From contig JAVZLM010000009.1 in the NCBI GenBank assembly GCA_038883775.1, positions 1 to 64,000 on the forward strand: a stretch of DNA of 64,000 bases. Reading direction: 5' to 3'. Shown here piece after piece: positions 59,502 to 64,000 of the stretch. This DNA is from Candidatus Bathyarchaeia archaeon. Its GTDB lineage: Archaea; Thermoproteota; Bathyarchaeia; Bathyarchaeales; Bathycorpusculaceae. Positions within the stretch are counted from its first letter, which is position 1; the number at the start of each line of letters is the position of its first letter. Position numbers and translations under genes: made by a program. The notes under the pieces are model-generated. The model was not told the origin of the DNA. It was given only the letters and a program-made list of their open reading frames with translations, and did no database searches.

Positions 59502-60341
59502 CTAGCTCAATTTTTCTGGAGGATTAGCAAGCTTTGCTTCTGGATGAACCGAAATGGTTTCGGAATACTTCACTTTCCCCTTGACAACGCATCCTTTGCC
59601 TATAGTCACATCTTTTCCGTAAACATTTTCACAGCAAACATTTTCCAAATACACCATTTCCTTCGCTGTGATATTCGTTGTGTAAAGCTTTCCATCATGA
59701 AAAATTTTTCCAACAATTGGTATGCCAAAAATAATCAAACCTTCAGCTCCTCTGCTTTTTACGTTAACATTAACAGCTTCAATACCGTTCCTTACATGGG
59801 ATTCATGTCTACTTAATTCTGCTTCAAATCTGGTAGTGACAACTTTTCCATCCACAGTAAATGCGCCGTGAAGCTCAACAAAATTTTTTGTTTCCACATT
59901 TCCTAAGGCTTTGAATAAACCATGCGCTTGCAAAGCATCTTCCAAAGTAATCCGCTTACCTATTTTGCAGGACCCAGCAGCCTTCAGCAAAGAACCTTTT
60001 ACTTCTCCGCCAACTGAAATGCTTCCAGAAGCAGACAAACTTTTAACATTCACATCACCAGCTATGGAAGAAGAACCCGAAAAGCTCATCTCTTCCGCTT
60101 CAATGTTCCCTTCAATGGAGACAATCCCAGCACAATTTACTCTTCTAACCTTCAATCCGCCGGGTATGCTTGCGCTCCCGCTGATTTTTATTTCTTCTGG
60201 GGAAACAATGCCAGAACCCGAGATGCGGATGTCACCTATTCCTTCAATGTGCACTTTTTCAGAGCCGCCTACACGTGTTGTTGGGATGGCTGTTTCCCGA
60301 AGTTTTTTCTCATACTCTTTCATTTTTTCTTCTCCGCTCAA
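59502..60341 (-). CDS. Polymer-forming cytoskeletal (bactofilin/YhbE-like) beta-helix protein
   Basis: Repeated hydrophobic-SGS-x-hydrophobic-x-G units; C-terminal V.G..V.IGKGC.V.G.V.Y as in YhbE/YhbF-type proteins. Confidence 0.75.
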   Translation of the reverse strand: MSGEEKMKEYEKKLRETAIPTTRVGGSEKVHIEGIGDIRISGSGIVSPEEIKISGSASIPGGLKVRRVNCAGIVSIEGNIEAEEMSFSGSSSIAGDVNVKSLSASGSISVGGEVKGSLLKAAGSCKIGKRITLEDALQAHGLFKALGNVETKNFVELHGAFTVDGKVVTTRFEAELSRHESHVRNGIEAVNVNVKSRGAEGLIIFGIPIVGKIFHDGKLYTTNITAKEMVYLENVCCENVYGKDVTIGKGCVVKGKVKYSETISVHPEAKLANPPEKLS

Positions 60342-60355
60342 GTTTTTTGCCTCCT

Positions 60356-60490
60356 TTATTCGAATCCTCCAGCGGTTTTCAGCAAATCCCTTATTTCCAC
60401 TAACAATTTTTTCATTTCTTTCAAGCGCTTCTCTGTTTCCTTTACCACATCTTCATCGGAAAACTTGAGGTATTTCAGCTCTTTTGCCAT
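60356..60490 (-). CDS. Unannotated 44-aa coiled-coil protein
   Basis: MAKELKYLKFSDEDVVKETEKRLKEMKKLLVEIRDLLKTAGGFE; SD AGGTGA upstream; fills the operon gap with 14-nt spacers on both sides. Confidence 0.75.
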   Translation of the reverse strand: MAKELKYLKFSDEDVVKETEKRLKEMKKLLVEIRDLLKTAGGFE

Positions 60491-60504
60491 AAAGCTCACC
60501 TTCA

Positions 60505-60834
60505 CTATTCTTGCGCTGATTTTAACACATCCTTAATTTCTCTTAGAACTTCAATAATGTCGTCTAGCTCTTCAAGGGTTGCCCTCTGATGGGCTCGCAA
60601 AAGGTTTAGCTTTTCCCTTTCTGAGGGTTTAATGGTTTCAGAAGGTGTTTCCTCGCTTCCTATAGCTATGCCAATAATCGCTAAGATTCCGGCAACTATT
60701 AGGGCTAATAGGGCTATAATTCCGGCGATAAGAGCGTTAAATTGGTACATTACTGAGAAGTATATGCAAACTGTGGGCACTCCAAAGCCTATTAAGATTA
60801 TGCATAAAGCAGTCAAAAGGGAAGTCCTAACCAT
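60505..60834 (-). CDS. 2-TM membrane protein with C-terminal coiled coil
   Basis: Two TM helices, then LEELDDIIEVLREIKDVLKSA. Confidence 0.85.
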   Translation of the reverse strand: MVRTSLLTALCIILIGFGVPTVCIYFSVMYQFNALIAGIIALLALIVAGILAIIGIAIGSEETPSETIKPSEREKLNLLRAHQRATLEELDDIIEVLREIKDVLKSAQE

Positions 60835-61150
60835 TGTTTTGTTCCTCCCTCTTTTTGAAAACTTTATGGATTTCTGCTGGAGTTAATACAACTTTGAAAT
60901 CGGAAGGTGCATAATATTTCACTGTTGGCAATCCTTCTGCTTTTCTTTCTTCTCTTATTTCTTTCACCAAACCAAGCTTTTTCAAACCGTCAAGGTGAAG
61001 ATAAGCCAATGGGTATGGAAGATTAAGCTCTTTGGCCAAAACGTAAACATTTTTTGGCTTTTCATAAAGTGAGGCAACCATTTTCAGTCTTACAGGGTTT
61101 GCTAAGGCTTTCAACATTTTCACCATTTCTTTACTTTTATTTTCATTCAA
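60827..61150 (-). CDS. ArsR-family wHTH transcriptional regulator
   Basis: LKALANPVRLKM, HLDGL.K.GLV. Confidence 0.9.
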   Translation of the reverse strand: MNENKSKEMVKMLKALANPVRLKMVASLYEKPKNVYVLAKELNLPYPLAYLHLDGLKKLGLVKEIREERKAEGLPTVKYYAPSDFKVVLTPAEIHKVFKKREEQNNG

Positions 61151-61192
61151 TGAGTTCTCCTCAACGGCAACGAAAAAATATATAAAAAATTT

Positions 61193-61204
61193 CTTATATA
61201 TAAG
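61193..61204. promoter_or_regulatory. Palindromic candidate ArsR operator overlapping the TATA region
   Basis: CTTATATATAAG perfect palindrome flanked by A/T runs, ~45 nt upstream of arsR. Confidence 0.45.
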
Positions 61205-61221
61205 TTTTTTCTGATATACAC

Positions 61222-61755
61222 TTAAAGATTATTTCTTCTAAGATTTAAAATTCTAAAACCCGCATAAGGTTGAAGGGAAGGAATATCTGCTGTTGTTTTG
61301 TATTGTTGGCTGCGCAGTCCCAAAGATATTTCTATAAACTCTTTTAGGGTAGAGTTGGCAAATTCCAATGTAGGTCTTCCATAAGTAAGACCGTTACATG
61401 TGGAATCGGCATATATGAAAAGCGTTTTTCCGCCAAATTCATAAGCAGCTTCCCTTGCGTATCCAAAATCTGGTTTTCCCAAAATTTTGAAAGGCCAAAG
61501 CTTGCATGCTTTTGGTTTCATATGCTGCAGTCCACATATGTGCATGTTTGAGAGGTTGTATAGGAAAATGCATGAACCGTCGCTTCTTCTTTTTATAAAC
61601 AGCTTATTTAAGCCTGAAACAGTTTTGTCTACGCCGTAATTGTTTACAATTTTTAACCATTCCTGAAAGTTTAGAACGACACTGTAGGCTTTGCAACATA
61701 AACCACATGCTTTGCATTTCCAATCTGCAATGTACTGCCATGGAACGAACAGCAT
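61222..61755 (-). CDS. YkgJ-family Cys-cluster (Zn/Fe) protein
   Basis: C..CG.CC, C.FL, C..H..KP..C.LWPF. Confidence 0.88.
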   Translation of the reverse strand: MLFVPWQYIADWKCKACGLCCKAYSVVLNFQEWLKIVNNYGVDKTVSGLNKLFIKRRSDGSCIFLYNLSNMHICGLQHMKPKACKLWPFKILGKPDFGYAREAAYEFGGKTLFIYADSTCNGLTYGRPTLEFANSTLKEFIEISLGLRSQQYKTTADIPSLQPYAGFRILNLRRNNL

Positions 61756-61807
61756 ATTCTGACTACACGCTCTTCAATAAAATTTCAAAAATTATTTTCT
61801 CTTAAAA

Positions 61808-62224
61808 TCATTTTGCAAAATTTTCCAGTTTTTCAGCAAATTCTATGGGAAACTGGGTGGCCTTCCACGTTTTCTTATCTAAAGCTACTATAACCACATA
61901 ACCATTTGCTAACAAAGCTCCAGACTCCTTATTGAACACTCTAAAACCATATTTCACAGATTTTTCCCTTAACTCCTCAACCGTTAATTCCACTTCAAGC
62001 AGATCATTAAATCTTGCTGGTCTTTTATACTGACAAAAAGCCTCAACCCTAGGAAATAATAGTCCTTTCTCTGCTGCGTCATTAAAACTGAATCCCAAAT
62101 GTCTATAAAATTCCTCTTCGGTCCTCTCGAAGAATCTGAAATAGTTGGAATAATGCACAATTTGGGCGGAATCCGTGTCCACCCATGTGACTCTAAAAGA
62201 AGTTTTGAAAGATGAAGACGCCAT
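61808..62224 (-). CDS. Acyl-CoA thioesterase (YbgC/4HBT hotdog family)
   Basis: RV.W.DTD.A.IVHYSNYFRFFE, Y..PARF.D. Confidence 0.92.
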   Translation of the reverse strand: MASSSFKTSFRVTWVDTDSAQIVHYSNYFRFFERTEEEFYRHLGFSFNDAAEKGLLFPRVEAFCQYKRPARFNDLLEVELTVEELREKSVKYGFRVFNKESGALLANGYVVIVALDKKTWKATQFPIEFAEKLENFAK

Positions 62225-62250
62225 AAGTTTTCACCTGTTAGCGTGAAAAT

Positions 62251-62727
62251 CTAAACTTTCCTATATAGATAGAGCGTGTGGGATGGATACCCTAAAGTTT
62301 GGTTCTCACAAAAGTTTACAACTTTGACGGGTTTCCACCCAACAATTTCATAATCATGAGAAACAACCCGGGCTCCAGGTCTAAGTTCAGACTCAAGTTT
62401 CGGCTTAATCTTCTCATTTGCACTTGTCGTTAAATAGAGGAAAACAACATCAGCTGATGTCAAGTCTACATGGAACATGTCACCGTTCACTATTGTAACT
62501 TTGTCTTGAAGTCCCTGCTCGTAAACAGCGCTTAGAGCTTTCTTCACAAGGTCTTCTCTCAATTCTACGCCTACGGCTCTTGCGCCAAAGTCTTTTGCAG
62601 CCATTATGACTGCCCTGCCATCTCCAGCGCCTAAGTCAAAGAAAATCTCTCTTGGTTTTAATTCGGCCAAGATAAGCATTTGACGGATTACTTGTGGGGG
62701 GCTTGGAACATAGGGGGCTATATACAT
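62251..62727 (-). CDS. Class I SAM methyltransferase (aKMT/protein-lysine MTase-like)
   Basis: APYVPSP, DLGAGDGR, ADVVFLYL, RVVSHDY. Confidence 0.88.
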   Translation of the reverse strand: MYIAPYVPSPPQVIRQMLILAELKPREIFFDLGAGDGRAVIMAAKDFGARAVGVELREDLVKKALSAVYEQGLQDKVTIVNGDMFHVDLTSADVVFLYLTTSANEKIKPKLESELRPGARVVSHDYEIVGWKPVKVVNFCENQTLGYPSHTLYLYRKV

Positions 62728-62807
62728 TTATGAAACCTCTTTTTATGCGTAAGTTAGCGTTTTCTGTTAAATCAAAATGTTTTGGTTCTTTTAAAGACTT
62801 TTGCATC

Positions 62808-63155
62808 TTAAGCGACATAGGTGGCTTTTTTAGGTGTTGGTCTTCTGGCTTCCCCACATTTCATGCAACTTTGAGTACACAATTCCAAATATTTTCCTTC
62901 ATCTCCAGAGCCAACGCTTTCTGAAGCCTTGCGGCATAGCGCACTTGCCTCTTCGCATCCACGTTCCTCACAGAGTTTTGAAACGTATTGGCAGATTTCT
63001 TGTACATCTTTTGGTTCTAATACGGCTCTGTTGGTGCGGATGAGTAGGCATATTTCTCTGGCTAAAACGCATGTTTGAATGTATTTAATTCTTTCAAGAA
63101 CTTCTTCCCGCAATCGTTTACGGCTTATTTCCAAATCATCATTTCTCCTTAACAA
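62808..63155 (-). CDS. Cys-rich helical hypothetical protein
   Basis: 115 aa, 9 Cys, including CxxxCxxC near the C-terminus. Confidence 0.7.
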   Translation of the reverse strand: MLRRNDDLEISRKRLREEVLERIKYIQTCVLAREICLLIRTNRAVLEPKDVQEICQYVSKLCEERGCEEASALCRKASESVGSGDEGKYLELCTQSCMKCGEARRPTPKKATYVA

Positions 63156-63221
63156 TTGGTAAGCGAGTGTTTAGGCACATTAAAGCAGCCCTTCATTTAA
63201 AAGTTGCTATACCATTCTGAG

Positions 63222-63998
63222 TTACCAGAATCTTTTGGTAAGGGCTTTCCTTTCTGCCTCCAAAACAAGCTCATAAAATTTGTCGCTAAGCTTTTTCTCT
63301 TCTTCAAGAACTTCTTTAACGTCTGATGGTTGAACTTTTCTTGCACAGAGGGCAATGGCAGCGGCTTTTCCATACTTTGCCATTAGCTGAGCCGTTTGTA
63401 ATGCTTGTTTCTGCAGTTTCTCCTCGCTTTTTGTCAGTTTTTCACCCTTCTTTTCAATGAGCGGAAGTGCCTTCTCCTCTTCCACCTTTAGAAGCCCTAT
63501 TGCTTGGGAGCCGCATCTTGGACATTTAGGCTTGTCTGGCAAGTCTTTAGCCCTTATCATTTCCATGTAATTCCAACAGCTTGTGCATATGAAATTGCAA
63601 GTTTCATTTAGCAGTCTGGCTTTGACGGATTCGATGAGCACGGCGCGCATCCTTTCTGGGGGAATCAAATCGGTTTTCATGCTCACCCTTTCAATGCCAA
63701 CCCGAGCTACAGGGGTTGCATTTCCATCAGTTTCAACTTTCTGCAGTTGAATTTCGCCCTCCCGAATTTTTTTAAGCACAAAAACAAGCCTTTCCAAATC
63801 CAAATCCTTAGTGAAAACTTCTTTTAGGGCTTCATCAAAAATTGGCGTGTCTTCAAAACTTTTTATCAACCTCTGAAGGCTCACATTGCTAAAATCAGCC
63901 CACTTTTGGAGGGCCCCGAAACGTCTTGCCACATGAATCATTCTTCTTTTGAAAAGTCCAGTTTTCACAGTTGCCCGTTTTAAGGTTTCTCTAATCGT
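63222..63998 (-). CDS. Lhr-type DEAD/DEAH helicase, C-terminal part (starts beyond right edge)
   Basis: HVARRFGA, EALKEV...DLD, Zn finger CTSC...CPRCGS, YGK.A..AL, AE.KAL..RFW. Confidence 0.8.
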   Translation of the reverse strand, partial: TIRETLKRATVKTGLFKRRMIHVARRFGALQKWADFSNVSLQRLIKSFEDTPIFDEALKEVFTKDLDLERLVFVLKKIREGEIQLQKVETDGNATPVARVGIERVSMKTDLIPPERMRAVLIESVKARLLNETCNFICTSCWNYMEMIRAKDLPDKPKCPRCGSQAIGLLKVEEEKALPLIEKKGEKLTKSEEKLQKQALQTAQLMAKYGKAAAIALCARKVQPSDVKEVLEEEKKLSDKFYELVLEAERKALTKRFW

Positions 63999-64000
63999 TT

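Noticed and set aside
59911-60468. 185-aa plus-strand ORF and other long antisense ORFs (e.g. 58636..59112, 11477..11896)
   Set aside because: They overlap well-supported genes on the opposite strand and show no motifs.
1-64000. CRISPR array, rRNA, IS transposase
   Set aside because: No regularly spaced repeats, rRNA-like segments or transposase ORFs were seen.

Overview
Archaeal chromosomal window, most likely Bathyarchaeia (TACK). This is an inference from the gene set: short XPF, SmAP3-like Lsm, archaeal SRP RNA, CofE, geranylgeranyl reductase, archaeal AsnA, and bacterial-type class II Fba and PfkA. The left ~7 kb is accessory. It has two tandem SipW-signal (TasA/AbpA-like) paralogues behind a long structured leader, a VapBC pair, tRNA-Ser(GCT), and a 4.47-kb integrase-less island. 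The island is bounded by a ~198-bp direct repeat (tRNA 3' end plus the 3' end of the neighbouring creatininase gene). It carries a frameshifted PepSY-like secreted protein, a secreted His-Gly/Cys caspase-fold-like protein with a Gly-linker/GCP C-terminal domain, a dif-like 11-6-11 site and a second VapBC. The rest is mostly core genome: fba with PPi-type and ATP-type pfk, SRP RNA, GH1, XPD/DUF72/XPF, sugar-nucleotide genes, a complete type IV pilus-like operon, a probable S-layer gene with glycosyltransferases, asnA/Lrp, GGR, Dph6, a wHTH-KaiC ATPase plus HTH-fused DNA ligase pair, an ArsR-bactofilin-ABC operon with an unannotated 44-aa gene, and the 3' end of an Lhr-type helicase. All calls come from reading motifs by eye; no database searches were run.
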